Shown here piece by piece: positions 14,753 through 25,332 of a DNA stretch of 34,623 nt. The DNA is from a virus. Taxonomy: Duplodnaviria; Caudoviricetes. The position numbers were made by a program, and so were the translations under genes. Every line of letters begins with the position of its first letter. Position 1 is the first letter of the stretch. The DNA is taken from positions 1 to 34,623 of the IMG/VR virus record IMGVR_UViG_3300032335_000309; one strand, 5' to 3'. The notes below the pieces were generated by a model that saw only the letters and a program-made list of their open reading frames with translations, had not been told where the DNA came from and did no database searches.

Positions 14753-16568
14753 AGTCGCCGGAGGCAAACGTGCCGGGGCTGTTATACGTCACCGAGCCAG
14801 ACGTATCACGAAGCAGTTCCACAAATGCAGAGCCTGCACTAGGGATCTGAACGAACCCTTCATAAACCGTGCCGCCTCGATTCATGTAAACCGTGCCGCC
14901 AGCAAACACAACGTCATTCTTCATCGCATGAGGCAACGAGATTCTAATGCCTCCAGTTCCAAGATTGGTTGTGCTGCCAATGTTCACCTCAATAGCGACA
15001 AAGGTTGTCGACGCTTTGCGGAAGTACGTTCCAGCAATCGTGCCGTTTCCAAGTGATGCGATTGACTTCGCCGTTCCGGTTCCAGAACCAACGCCGGTCG
15101 CCGTGAACTGGACGCCAACTGTATTTGACGCCGCGCCAATCAGAGTAAAGTCAGTCGTACCGACAACAACAATTTCATAAACTTTGCCAGGGACAAATGT
15201 GCCAGCCGCCTGTGGTGTCGGGTCAACAGATATCACAGGCGTATATGCCAACCGCCAAGAATCCAAAAGATTGCGGTTATTGTTGGCATTGTCAATGATC
15301 GGCAGATTGTTGTAGCTATTGCCCTGCAACGCGATGTTGTCAGATGTTGTCTGAATCGTGATCTGTGGGCTGATAGCAGAGCTGATAATCGTGTGGTTGT
15401 TTCCTTGGATTAACAGCGCAGCCTGATTAGCGATACGACAGTTCGTGATCAGCGTAGCGCGTGAGTTAAGGCTATAGAACAGATCAGCCAAGAAACTGTT
15501 TGAGACGTAAGTGTTATTGCTTGAGCCAAACGAGAACGAGCAGAATCCATTTGTTTCAATGTGCGAGAACTTACGCGGATACGCGTCGGATTCCACGCTG
15601 CCGGTGTCTTGGATGACAATGGCAAAGTTGCCGGTGCCGGTAGCGCCGCTGGTCTGCGATGCGATTAGGTCGATGACCGAGCATTGAGCGCCGCCCTGCG
15701 ATTGGAAGTACAAGCAAGCCGCAGCAAAGTTCGTGATGCGGCAACTGATAATGCTCTGGCGGCCATTACCGTTGTTAATGACAACACCCTGTCCGGTGTA
15801 TGTACCGCCTTGCCCATTAAACCGCAAACCTGACAGATTGGCGTAATCGCCCAATGTCATCATGTCGCCATTAAAGGAATGAAGCAGCGTTGTCGATCCT
15901 CTCCCAGCGCCAATCAGACTAGTATTGTTTGGGACATTAAGCGTCGATGTGATCTTATAGCTACCGGGTGGCACATAGACCGCAGTCGTCGTATTTAACG
16001 CCAACTGAATTGCAGCCGTGTCATCGGCAACGCCGTCACCAACGGCACCGAAATCCTTCACGCTAACGTAAGGCGTCGATACAGACTGCGCAATCGGAGC
16101 GCCATTGGTGTCAAACTTTAAGAACTTGCCAGCGCGGTCGCTGGATGCCGGCAGCGTCGAGGAGATCGATGTTGAATCCGTCAGCGGATACTTGAGGGTG
16201 CGATCGGTTGTTTCATCAATCTGCTGCACCAGCATCGTGAGCTTGTCGAGCGATTGCTCGAGCGTCTCAGCCGGCAAGCGATCGTTCGGCTGAAGATCCG
16301 TCTCCTGCGTCAGCGGCACGTTGCGCGAGATGACAAGAGTCGTGCCAGAAGGAGGAGCAACCGTCATCGTAATGCTGCCGCCAGTCAGGACGCCTGCACC
16401 TGTGACGGTGTAGTTCGTCCCGAGAACTTGCGTCGTCTCCGCACCGCTTGATGCGCGCAGGACTACCAAGAGTTGGCTGTTCGCAAGGAAGTAGAACGGG
16501 ACAGCAAACAGCGTCGTTGAGCCGTTGCCGGAATAGGATACTTTCGCAGTCGATGATGAAACGGTCAT
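14721..16568 (-). CDS. Tailspike/tail fibre with T7-type N-terminal anchor and pectate-lyase-like beta-helix
   Basis: N-term YSGNGSTT.F..PF.F...LDKLTM..QQ; VSVKDFGAVGDGVADDTAAIQ.A...VYVPPGSY. Confidence 0.85.
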   Translation of the reverse strand: MTVSSSTAKVSYSGNGSTTLFAVPFYFLANSQLLVVLRASSGAETTQVLGTNYTVTGAGVLTGGSITMTVAPPSGTTLVISRNVPLTQETDLQPNDRLPAETLEQSLDKLTMLVQQIDETTDRTLKYPLTDSTSISSTLPASSDRAGKFLKFDTNGAPIAQSVSTPYVSVKDFGAVGDGVADDTAAIQLALNTTTAVYVPPGSYKITSTLNVPNNTSLIGAGRGSTTLLHSFNGDMMTLGDYANLSGLRFNGQGGTYTGQGVVINNGNGRQSIISCRITNFAAACLYFQSQGGAQCSVIDLIASQTSGATGTGNFAIVIQDTGSVESDAYPRKFSHIETNGFCSFSFGSSNNTYVSNSFLADLFYSLNSRATLITNCRIANQAALLIQGNNHTIISSAISPQITIQTTSDNIALQGNSYNNLPIIDNANNNRNLLDSWRLAYTPVISVDPTPQAAGTFVPGKVYEIVVVGTTDFTLIGAASNTVGVQFTATGVGSGTGTAKSIASLGNGTIAGTYFRKASTTFVAIEVNIGSTTNLGTGGIRISLPHAMKNDVVFAGGTVYMNRGGTVYEGFVQIPSAGSAFVELLRDTSGSVTYNSPGTFASGDFIRLSLTYPN

Positions 16569-16571
16569 GTT

Positions 16572-19500
16572 TTAACTCCCAATTCCAGCAAGCACTTCTT
16601 GCTGCGCCTGATTGAAATCCTCTACTTCGTCCATGATCTCGGGGAACTCCTCCAAGATCTGTTGTTTAGCCAATCGTCGGTAATCGGTAATGATGGCATC
16701 AATCATCTCTGACTTGGTGCCGTCTGCTCCGTCTGTGCCTTGATTGTAGATATCCGACAAATAGTGCTCGCCGCTGACAACTTGGTTTAGTAAGTCTTTC
16801 GCGCCAACGCCATACTCTGGATGTTGCAACTCGTTACCGGCCAACTCTACATATCGGCTGTATGCGCCCGGGTAATTGTTAAGATCGATGTTGACGCCAA
16901 GGAAGCTCGTCTTTTTACCGGGCATTCCAACGCTCTTTTCCAGACGCAGCAACTCAGAATCAATCGGCTCTGGATTGTCCTTCTTGCTGTAGATCGGACT
17001 GAATACGTCATACGCCCAACCGAGACCGGATTGATATTTCATCGGGCGACCCCACAAATCCCGACGCAACGGCAACTCATCCGACAAGCCCGGTGTTCTG
17101 CGCTTAATCGCATCGATCATGCTGAAGGTTTCGCGAGCATACGGATCGACCGCTCGAGTCACTTCGCCCACAACGGCAGGAACAACAGACCCGACAAGGC
17201 GCTGCACGAAAGATTCCGTGTATCGCTTCGGATCAGAGATCGCCTCAAAGAGATCGGCCAAGCCAGAGAGATAGGTCTTGCTCATCACCGTTGCGCTGAT
17301 GGATGCAGCCGCAGCCACCGCAGTTTCGGTGACGCTCTCTGTCGTATCCTCATCGTCAGAGTTCGCAAGAATTTCGACCATCTCGCCAGCCAATCCGAGC
17401 AGCGAGCCAATCGGATCAAGGCGGTTGTACGCATACCAGCGACCGCCAACTTTGATGCTGTACGGCTGCCATCCGGTACGCTCAAGAGCCTGACGCTCTC
17501 GCGTATCCTTCGGGCCACTACCGCTAATTACGCCGGACATTGCCATATCGGCGGCAACCATCATCAATGCGCTACCCGTTGCAATGCGAGCGAGCGCCAT
17601 CTCCTGACGGACACCGCCAGCAGAGATGTCTGCACGGACTTGCGACATAAGAGGAGCCAGCGGAGTACGCTCAAACGTATATTTGAGAATGTTCGCTGGA
17701 GTGCGCACGAACGGCAGAATCACTTTCAATGCCGGGTAGGTATACGTCAGCGACGAAAGCGACTGCGCTAGTTTACCGGGCGAGTTAGTGAAGGTTTGAT
17801 ATAGCGCCTGATCGACCGCCGACATACGCAGATTCTCTGGAGGGTTCTCCAGAAGATCAGCGACGCGACCCTTCATGTCCTCGGCCTTGATCAATCCAGC
17901 ATGAACCTCGCTCGCAGCCTGTCGCAAGGCCTGAGCATTAAGTTCCATTCGATAGCCGATGGTCTTGAAGAACTCATCTTCCGCTGCCAGCGCCTTACCC
18001 GGTAGACGAATGATGTTACCGATCGTATCCACAGACCGACCGACAAAAGTCTCGCTGCTTAAATTAAATGCGTCTGACGTAATAGCAGCAGTCTGCGGCA
18101 GTTCGATCTTGCCCATACCCATGCCGGTCTCGCCCGTCTTGGCGGCCTTGGCTGCGTATCGCAAGGCATCTTTCCAGCTCTGCGTCAGGCCAAACCATTG
18201 AGCCATTGCTTCGCCGGACTGAACGCCGCCATTGTTGCCAAGGATTTGCGAGATCACAGAGGCAACCTTGCGCTCGTACATCTGCATGAAAATGACAGAC
18301 GTATTCGACATGACGTTGACGATGTGAGTCTTGGGGCCGGACAACAGACCCATGATCCACGCTTCCTGCATGGCATCACGAGTGCGCGCCCAGACACCGC
18401 GCTGCACAAACTTGTCGAGTTCTTGATACATTCCAGCGCCAGCCAATTTGGCAACGCGATCGGCCATGTCTCGCGTGACAGCACTACCGCCAGCGGCCTC
18501 AATGGCTTGGCTGATATCGCGGAATCGCTCGGCAGAACTACCAGCCGGAATGCGCCATGACGCCAACGCTCGAGCAGTCTCGGTTCTGGCGGCAATGACT
18601 TCGTTCTGGATGGCGTAATGCGTTGCCAGCATTTTGCGGAACGCAAATAGATTTGCCTCGCTCGGGTTTGCCGCGGCTTCTCTGGCAACTTGCGTCAGCT
18701 TGTCGCCGGAAGTCGCCCACAACTGGCGAGCAGCCACAGCCTGCTCTGCGCTCAACGGATCGCCTTTGCGGCGCGCCTTGAGAACATCCCACGCATCAAC
18801 TTGCTGGGCGCTTAACTTGATTTCTTCAAACGTGCGAACGCCGCGAGCAGCCGTCTCAACGGCAGGCTTGAAGCGGTCAGCCATATCTTGGATGACGGCC
18901 TGCACATCCTCTGGCGTATTGACGCGAGCAAAGTTGACGTAGACCTCACCAGCCTTTGTGCCGCGAGGGACGGCAGCGCCCGGCACACCCTCATCGACGA
19001 TCATCATATCTTCTGGCTTGACCTCGCCAGTCTCTCTGGCAGCGCGAGCCATGCGAAGCTGCACGGGCTGACCTTCCGGCTTGGCAACAACCTCCTCTGC
19101 CGGTTTTGGTTCTGCTTTGGCTACGCCGACCAGCGGAGCATCAGGAGTATCGCTGCCGAGAATCTGGAATTCGCTTGTCTCAACCTTTGGCTTTTCAGCA
19201 ACAACGCCGGCAACTTCCTTGGCCTTGGCAACTTCTTCCTGCTGCAATTTAGCAATGCGAGCCTGCCGCAAAGTCTTAAGACCAAGCACCAATCCATCAA
19301 CGGCAACGCCGATGCCAAGCCCTTCAATGGCATTCTTAAGACGACCTTCCGCATTGCTGTCTTTTGGATCGGCAGCAAGGAACTCTGTCACCGGGTTCTG
19401 TAATGCAGGGACTTCCTGCACGAGATTCGACAGTCGCTCCTCTTGCGGATCAAACACGGTGAAGTCAACAACCGCGCCAGTACCGGCAGCCTTGGCTGTA

Positions 19501-20075
19501 CGTCCAGTTCGGGTCACAGGCTTGAGAGCCTTGAGCGCCTTGTTCGCACCGACAAAGCCAGCAACAAATTGCGAGACGCTCTTGATAGCTTTTCCGGTCG
19601 TAGACTCGGGATCGCCGATGTCGCCGGTCAGCGGCTTAAGCTGGACTTGCGTAGAAACGTCACGGCCTTGAGCGCGAAGGGTGCGCAACTCCTCATACGA
19701 GATCGGCTTAATGCCGCGGCGTGATATCTCAAAGCCGCCGGTCTTGACCTGATTCTCAACCCAATCACCAATATCGCCGAACAAGTTAATCGTCTCTTGA
19801 GCAGCATCACGAACGCCGGTGACAACCGCTCGAGGAATCTCTGTGACGCCACGCGCTACATCAGTCACAACTGCTCTGGTCGTTTCAGTTGCCGGAGCAG
19901 CAGGCGCAGCAAGGACAGGAGCAGCAGCCGGCGCGACAGGCTGATCTTCAGCGAACATGGCCTCAAGTTCTGCGGCTGCACTTTGCGAAGATGCGCTATC
20001 TCGGTACGCCATAAAGGCATTCGCGCCGGTAGCGTCATCATTTCGCAAATCTTCTACATTCATCGGTTGTGCCAT
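16572..20075 (-). CDS. Large internal virion (ejection) protein, T7 gp16 position
   Basis: 1167 aa helical; PFVRTP.NI, GWQPYSIK, Y.RLDP motifs; synteny. Confidence 0.75.
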   Translation of the reverse strand: MAQPMNVEDLRNDDATGANAFMAYRDSASSQSAAAELEAMFAEDQPVAPAAAPVLAAPAAPATETTRAVVTDVARGVTEIPRAVVTGVRDAAQETINLFGDIGDWVENQVKTGGFEISRRGIKPISYEELRTLRAQGRDVSTQVQLKPLTGDIGDPESTTGKAIKSVSQFVAGFVGANKALKALKPVTRTGRTAKAAGTGAVVDFTVFDPQEERLSNLVQEVPALQNPVTEFLAADPKDSNAEGRLKNAIEGLGIGVAVDGLVLGLKTLRQARIAKLQQEEVAKAKEVAGVVAEKPKVETSEFQILGSDTPDAPLVGVAKAEPKPAEEVVAKPEGQPVQLRMARAARETGEVKPEDMMIVDEGVPGAAVPRGTKAGEVYVNFARVNTPEDVQAVIQDMADRFKPAVETAARGVRTFEEIKLSAQQVDAWDVLKARRKGDPLSAEQAVAARQLWATSGDKLTQVAREAAANPSEANLFAFRKMLATHYAIQNEVIAARTETARALASWRIPAGSSAERFRDISQAIEAAGGSAVTRDMADRVAKLAGAGMYQELDKFVQRGVWARTRDAMQEAWIMGLLSGPKTHIVNVMSNTSVIFMQMYERKVASVISQILGNNGGVQSGEAMAQWFGLTQSWKDALRYAAKAAKTGETGMGMGKIELPQTAAITSDAFNLSSETFVGRSVDTIGNIIRLPGKALAAEDEFFKTIGYRMELNAQALRQAASEVHAGLIKAEDMKGRVADLLENPPENLRMSAVDQALYQTFTNSPGKLAQSLSSLTYTYPALKVILPFVRTPANILKYTFERTPLAPLMSQVRADISAGGVRQEMALARIATGSALMMVAADMAMSGVISGSGPKDTRERQALERTGWQPYSIKVGGRWYAYNRLDPIGSLLGLAGEMVEILANSDDEDTTESVTETAVAAAASISATVMSKTYLSGLADLFEAISDPKRYTESFVQRLVGSVVPAVVGEVTRAVDPYARETFSMIDAIKRRTPGLSDELPLRRDLWGRPMKYQSGLGWAYDVFSPIYSKKDNPEPIDSELLRLEKSVGMPGKKTSFLGVNIDLNNYPGAYSRYVELAGNELQHPEYGVGAKDLLNQVVSGEHYLSDIYNQGTDGADGTKSEMIDAIITDYRRLAKQQILEEFPEIMDEVEDFNQAQQEVLAGIGS

Positions 20076-20087
20076 TTTTACACCTTA

Positions 20088-21587
20088 TTACGGCTTCGGC
20101 TTCGGCGGCGGTGGCGGCTTATATACAGCCATCCATTGCTTAATCAAAGCAGATTGACGCTCGTATTCATCCTTGTTGATCTGACCGGCATCAAATGCTT
20201 TCTTCGTCTTGGCGAATGTCTGCTTAAGATCAAATGAGTTTGGGCCAGTAGATACCAAGTAAGTCGGGCGCCTTAAAACAGCAACGCTTTGAATTCTTCC
20301 TTGCGCACTATATTCGTCAACGATGCGCTTTGACTCTGCATCTGCTTGGGCATCAGTTGCATTCGGATTGTCACGAACCCAGTTGTTCCAATCTCGCAAA
20401 GCATTAGCCGATCGAATCGAAGCAAGACTGTTGGTTTTTTCAAGTTGGCTCGGCTTGAGATTGTTATCAATAAACGCGAATCCACGCTTACGCCACCCGG
20501 TCTCTCGAGAAGCATTGACGACAACACGATAGTCATCATCGCTTAACAAGCCTTGCGCAACAGCTTGACGCGCTTCTGGCTCGACGTTCTGACCGCTAGC
20601 AGCGCGCTCACTCAAATTAGCAAATGTCGTGAAGTCAGTCACGATGTCCTGACGACGAATCGTCTTGAGGAATCGAGTGCGGTCAGCCGGATCAAGTCGA
20701 GTCTGATTGGCTCGGAACCAAGCATCCAACCCGTCGAGATCGTTGTTGATAATAAATTGATCGCCAGCCGTTCGCAGATTGTCCTGCAAATCTTCCTTTG
20801 CCCGACGAGCGCGACGCTCCGCTCGCTCCTCCTCGGTATTGATTCGCGTCAGATATTGCGTTGCCTCTGTCGTCGCACGATCAAGCAGCTTTGTCTTGGT
20901 CGGCTCATCCATGCCGGGATAGCCGTTCTTGATAAGGCGGTCACGCGCAGCAATAGGGTTGTTCAGAATATCTCGGTTCACGCGACTTGTAATCGCAGAA
21001 CTGTTGAACTTCTGCATCTTGGTCAATGCTTCTTGCGGCGAGATGATGCCAGCATCCAAGGCGGTTTGAATCGACAACTGCGCCTGCGATGCAATGTCAG
21101 CATCCTTGTCTGGATCGTCGCCGCCAACCAATCCGCTATAGGTGTCTATCGTCTGATCAAGATCGGCTCGAGCGACATTGATCTTTCCGCGCAAAGCAGA
21201 CTTGCGGATATTGAACTGCTTCTCCATTGCGCGAGGAGCAAATTCAGACTTCCATGCGCGAAGCAGGGTGTTGTCGCCGCCAGCAGCTTCGGATACCCCT
21301 TTCTCTATATCAGCGAGAACATTGTTATATTTGCTCTCGTAGTTGTCGTAATCGGTGTCAGTCTCAAGGGAAAGCTCAAAGTCCTGCAACGCCTTGAGAG
21401 ACTGCGCATTTAATTGCGTGAGTTTGAGCGCGCGCTGGCCTTCTTGAATCTTGCCACCAAGTTGGGCGAGTTTGGAAACACCCTCGGCAATCTGCGCGCC
21501 CTGATTCGGGATAGCAGCCAACCCGCGTACATCCGGCGTGGATATACGAGGCGTGACTTGCTGGCGATAGAATTCAAGCTTTGCCAT
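20088..21587 (-). CDS. Internal virion protein, T7 gp15 position
   Basis: 499 aa helical; synteny. Confidence 0.65.
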   Translation of the reverse strand: MAKLEFYRQQVTPRISTPDVRGLAAIPNQGAQIAEGVSKLAQLGGKIQEGQRALKLTQLNAQSLKALQDFELSLETDTDYDNYESKYNNVLADIEKGVSEAAGGDNTLLRAWKSEFAPRAMEKQFNIRKSALRGKINVARADLDQTIDTYSGLVGGDDPDKDADIASQAQLSIQTALDAGIISPQEALTKMQKFNSSAITSRVNRDILNNPIAARDRLIKNGYPGMDEPTKTKLLDRATTEATQYLTRINTEEERAERRARRAKEDLQDNLRTAGDQFIINNDLDGLDAWFRANQTRLDPADRTRFLKTIRRQDIVTDFTTFANLSERAASGQNVEPEARQAVAQGLLSDDDYRVVVNASRETGWRKRGFAFIDNNLKPSQLEKTNSLASIRSANALRDWNNWVRDNPNATDAQADAESKRIVDEYSAQGRIQSVAVLRRPTYLVSTGPNSFDLKQTFAKTKKAFDAGQINKDEYERQSALIKQWMAVYKPPPPPKPKP

Positions 21588-21590
21588 ATA

Positions 21591-22130
21591 TCATCCCATC
21601 CGAACGCCAGATGGACTCGGCGCTCTGAAGTTCATAGTCAACGCGCGAGATCCGCTTGTCGTCGGAGTGCGACCGCCGATCTTCGGAAGTTTAAGGCTAG
21701 ACACATCGCCGCCAGCACCAGCAAACGCCATCAAAGCATTGGTTCCGGCAGAGAGAATCGCCGGCCCCCACTTCGGACGAGCGGCACGAGTGACGGCAGA
21801 TTCGTACAGTAATCCCTTGCGCTTGGTCTCGCCTTCGTATCGGATATTTAGCGCATCAAGTTCTGCCATCACGGCGGCTTGGTTTGCAGCATCGACAAAC
21901 GACGGAGACTCTAGCAATCCAAACTGCGCACCGGCAGCGCGAGTTTCGCCAAACTGGCGACGAGCAGCCTTGCGCTGGTTCTCCTCAATCAGCCCCGTCT
22001 CAAGACCAACCGCTCTAGCTTGTTCCTCAATGCCTTTAGCCTGCGCAGCGCCAACCGCCCGAGCCTGTGCGGTCTCGGCAAGTGTCGCCGCAGCAGAAGC
22101 GGCAGCAGCAATGAATGGTAGTGCAGCCAT
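21591..22130 (-). CDS. Internal virion protein, T7 gp14 position
   Basis: 179 aa Ala/Gly-rich with hydrophobic N-terminus; synteny. Confidence 0.7.
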   Translation of the reverse strand: MAALPFIAAAASAAATLAETAQARAVGAAQAKGIEEQARAVGLETGLIEENQRKAARRQFGETRAAGAQFGLLESPSFVDAANQAAVMAELDALNIRYEGETKRKGLLYESAVTRAARPKWGPAILSAGTNALMAFAGAGGDVSSLKLPKIGGRTPTTSGSRALTMNFRAPSPSGVRMG

Positions 22131-22555
22131 TACTGAATCCTCGAATACATCGCCATATCTTGACCGCTTGTTCCAAACGAGCGCATCAAGCCTTCAAACT
22201 CAAACCGCAGCATCTTTGCCCAGCGATGCCCCTGCGGAAAACGAGCATCTACATACGCTTCAATCCGGCGATACGGGCGAGTGTTTAGATAGTCATCGAC
22301 AATGCGTGTGAGGCCAACCATGTGCGGCCCTGCGTCTTTTGCAAGCCAGGCCCATGCGGCATATCGGTTCGCCCACATCTCTGCCACGCCTGCGCACATG
22401 ACGGGCTTCTCGCCAGCCAATACGGTATAGGCGGGGCCGGCTGCCACAAGCTGCTCGCAGTAGTCGTCGTCGAATACGAGCGGAGCCATGATCTGTTGCG
22501 CATCTTGCAGCACCATCGCTCGCAGATATTTAGCGTTGAACGAAACGACTTCCAT
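22130..22555 (-). CDS. GNAT-fold protein, T7 gp13 position
   Basis: 141 aa, RRIEA.V......HRWAKMLRFEFEG.MR; follows tail tubular B. Confidence 0.7.
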   Translation of the reverse strand: MEVVSFNAKYLRAMVLQDAQQIMAPLVFDDDYCEQLVAAGPAYTVLAGEKPVMCAGVAEMWANRYAAWAWLAKDAGPHMVGLTRIVDDYLNTRPYRRIEAYVDARFPQGHRWAKMLRFEFEGLMRSFGTSGQDMAMYSRIQ

Positions 22556-25329
22556 TAGTCCTCCGTCCTCAACCGCGGGTACATCGCAACCACCGTGAGC
22601 GGCAACGGCTGATCAGCCAGCACCCAGATCCGACCATCAGTTTCATATCCACCCGGAAACGGGAATTTATCGGTATCGCCGGTCAATACAGGCGGCACTT
22701 CATCCATGTAGTCTGACAGCGATCGATACAGGATGTAATCGGTGTTCGTCGCATCCGGTCCGACCTTGCCGCCGAGGCTTGCATAGAGACGCATCACAAT
22801 CTGGTGATACCGCTTTGTCTTGCCCTGCGCCGTGCCATCCGTGGCACCCGCATCAATCCGTTGAGTGGCAAGAGTGGACGTATACGGCTGCCCGATCTGT
22901 GCTCGAGCGGTCTTAAGGGGCAACGTCACAGCGCCGTTGGTCACGGTCAAGTTTTCGATTTCCGCACCGTCAGCCAACGCAGAGACGGTTGTGCCTTCCA
23001 AATGCCAAAGCCCGGTGATGACCGTTGAGGTTAGCCGCCAGCCATTAAGTGGCAGCTCATCAAGATTCGGAAACGGCGAAAGGATCGTGCAAAGAACCTC
23101 GCTCTCATTCACATAACTAGTGATCAATGCTCGAGCGGTCAGCCATTGCTGCGCAGTATCGTCAAAGTATCGCACTCGAATCTCGCGGCCTACGTCTCCG
23201 GCTACGAAAACGTCGTCATTCATCGCGATAAATTCATCGGCTTCGGTGAGCAAGAAGTCACCGGCTTCGGTCGTCAACTCAAAGGACGACGTTACTGTAA
23301 ACGAGACATTGGTTGCATTGCGCGTCGTCGCGCCAGCACCGGGCTGCAAGGTTTCATTCACCGCGCCGTCAAACTCGAGCGACGAGTCAAGGAACACAGC
23401 GCCCTCGATATCGTCGTCCTGCTCGAATCCTTCTGCAAAATACTCCACAAAGCGCCGAGTCGATCCGTTGACCGATTTCTTGGCAATCACCCAAACGTCA
23501 TTGACGCTGGCATCTGGGCTGGTGATGACTTGCACAGATTCGGCAACCGCAGACACGCCGCCGAGCGGGTGACGGTGCCAGCCATAGACGTTCTGCTCTC
23601 GATCATAAGTCATGCCGAGCAGCTTGCCGTTGGCGAGCACGATCCAGATGATGTTGTCCGGCTCCTTCTGGTACGCCATCTCGACGATGCCAGACTGCGT
23701 GATCTCGGGATACAGCACATTCATATCGCGCGGCACCCAACTATCGGATTGGATATCGAACCGCAGCTCGATCACCCGGCGACCGCCAATGCGCACGAAC
23801 AGCACAGCATCCTCGACCAGCACCGGCTCCATTTCGCGCGAGCCTTCAGCAGATTGAATCTCGTACTTGACGTTCTCGGGCCCAAGCACTTGGTTCGGTG
23901 TGATCTCCTGCACGGCAACCTCGGAGCCTGCCGTACCAACCAGCAGCACATCCGATGCCGTCATCCAGCGGATCTTGTCCACCGTGCCGACCGAAAGCGT
24001 TAGCGAGATAGCGTTATCAGCCAGAATCTCACCAAGCGTATCGGGAGCCATCGACGAGTAGTCACCGGCTACCGACGCATAGATCTGCTGGTTGCCCGAC
24101 CACCACAGACGATCGCGCCAGAAAGCGACCTTGTACGGGAACGCGGCACCTGTCGCCGTCCCCCACGCACCGATCCGGTAGCGGCAGTCGTCACCGGCGA
24201 CGATCTCGGCAGGCGCAATTCCTGGGCCGATGATGTCTACAGTCGCATTCTGCGCACTTGTAATCGCAGTCACTTTGACGACGACGTACCCGGGGTGCAG
24301 ATACTCCCAAGTCACCGCGCCGTCAGACTCGGTTCCTTCTTCGTGTATAGGGCGCACAGAGCCCGTTGTAGCGGAGTTCGTGGCCTCGTAATACTTACCA
24401 TCGGATTTTCGAAGATTGGTCGATGTGACCGCCTTATTCGTTTCCCAAGGCGGCGTCGTGATGTTGACCGGCTCCAGCCGGAACAGCATTCCAACGTGCT
24501 CGTTCTCGAATATGTCTGTCGTGCAGACGAGCGAGACGCCAGTACCCGAGGAGGCACCGAGCGTAAAATTCTTGTAAGCGATCGGCTCAACCTGGAACGG
24601 GCCATCCGTTGGCGAGTACGTCGCAAATGCCCAGCTCGTATTGCCGCTACGGGTCAACGTGCGCGGCGCATAGCCCTCGCAACCGATATACAGCACATCG
24701 CCAGACTGGACGATAGAAAGAGCGCAGCCGCCTTCTGGATTCGTTAAATCGGCTTCGGTGTACGGGCTCGCGATCTCGTAGACCTTTTGCAGATCGCCGT
24801 TAAATACATACGCACCGAATGCGGTTGTGTTGATGTTGTTCCCGTACCAATCCTTGAGCTCAAACGTATTGGCTCCAGCATTGACGTTCGCAACCTGTAC
24901 ATACCGGCCATTGAGCTCGGTCATGCCTTCGACACCAACAACGTAGAACCAATCGCCGTTAGACGGATCGGTTCCGGTGTAGGTCAGTACGCCAGGATTG
25001 GCATTCGTGATATTGGTGATATCAAGTGTGTCACCGAGTACCACGCCTCTATCGGTGAAAAACCGAACGTATTGGTCGCCGAACTCAAGCACATAGGCCT
25101 GATCAAACGAAAACTCAAACCGCTTGAGATAGGACTTCTTGCTCTGGTACTTGGTCGGCAGAACGAACCGCGTACCAGGCATTCGCTTTGCCGGCCCCTG
25201 CACGGTAGGAACGAATCGCTCCATCTTGTAGCAGGAGCTCGAATACTTCTCGAAATCGACGCGGCCAGATAGGAGAGGGCCGACCTCGCCGCCGTTGAAA
25301 TTCGAGATCGCAGGCGAAACCTTTGCCAT
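22555..25329 (-). CDS. Tail tubular protein B (nozzle, T7 gp12-like)
   Basis: NFNGGEV.P.L.GRVD, G...RMPGT.F, QSGDVLY, FWRDRLW, GWHRH, GLWHLEG. Confidence 0.9.
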   Translation of the reverse strand: MAKVSPAISNFNGGEVGPLLSGRVDFEKYSSSCYKMERFVPTVQGPAKRMPGTRFVLPTKYQSKKSYLKRFEFSFDQAYVLEFGDQYVRFFTDRGVVLGDTLDITNITNANPGVLTYTGTDPSNGDWFYVVGVEGMTELNGRYVQVANVNAGANTFELKDWYGNNINTTAFGAYVFNGDLQKVYEIASPYTEADLTNPEGGCALSIVQSGDVLYIGCEGYAPRTLTRSGNTSWAFATYSPTDGPFQVEPIAYKNFTLGASSGTGVSLVCTTDIFENEHVGMLFRLEPVNITTPPWETNKAVTSTNLRKSDGKYYEATNSATTGSVRPIHEEGTESDGAVTWEYLHPGYVVVKVTAITSAQNATVDIIGPGIAPAEIVAGDDCRYRIGAWGTATGAAFPYKVAFWRDRLWWSGNQQIYASVAGDYSSMAPDTLGEILADNAISLTLSVGTVDKIRWMTASDVLLVGTAGSEVAVQEITPNQVLGPENVKYEIQSAEGSREMEPVLVEDAVLFVRIGGRRVIELRFDIQSDSWVPRDMNVLYPEITQSGIVEMAYQKEPDNIIWIVLANGKLLGMTYDREQNVYGWHRHPLGGVSAVAESVQVITSPDASVNDVWVIAKKSVNGSTRRFVEYFAEGFEQDDDIEGAVFLDSSLEFDGAVNETLQPGAGATTRNATNVSFTVTSSFELTTEAGDFLLTEADEFIAMNDDVFVAGDVGREIRVRYFDDTAQQWLTARALITSYVNESEVLCTILSPFPNLDELPLNGWRLTSTVITGLWHLEGTTVSALADGAEIENLTVTNGAVTLPLKTARAQIGQPYTSTLATQRIDAGATDGTAQGKTKRYHQIVMRLYASLGGKVGPDATNTDYILYRSLSDYMDEVPPVLTGDTDKFPFPGGYETDGRIWVLADQPLPLTVVAMYPRLRTED

Positions 25330-25332
25330 GCG

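Noticed and set aside
16821-24747. Long plus-strand ORFs opposite the virion genes (e.g. 16821-17771, 20553-21413, 23146-24003)
   Set aside because: Antisense ORFs expected in GC-rich coding DNA; no RBS or motifs
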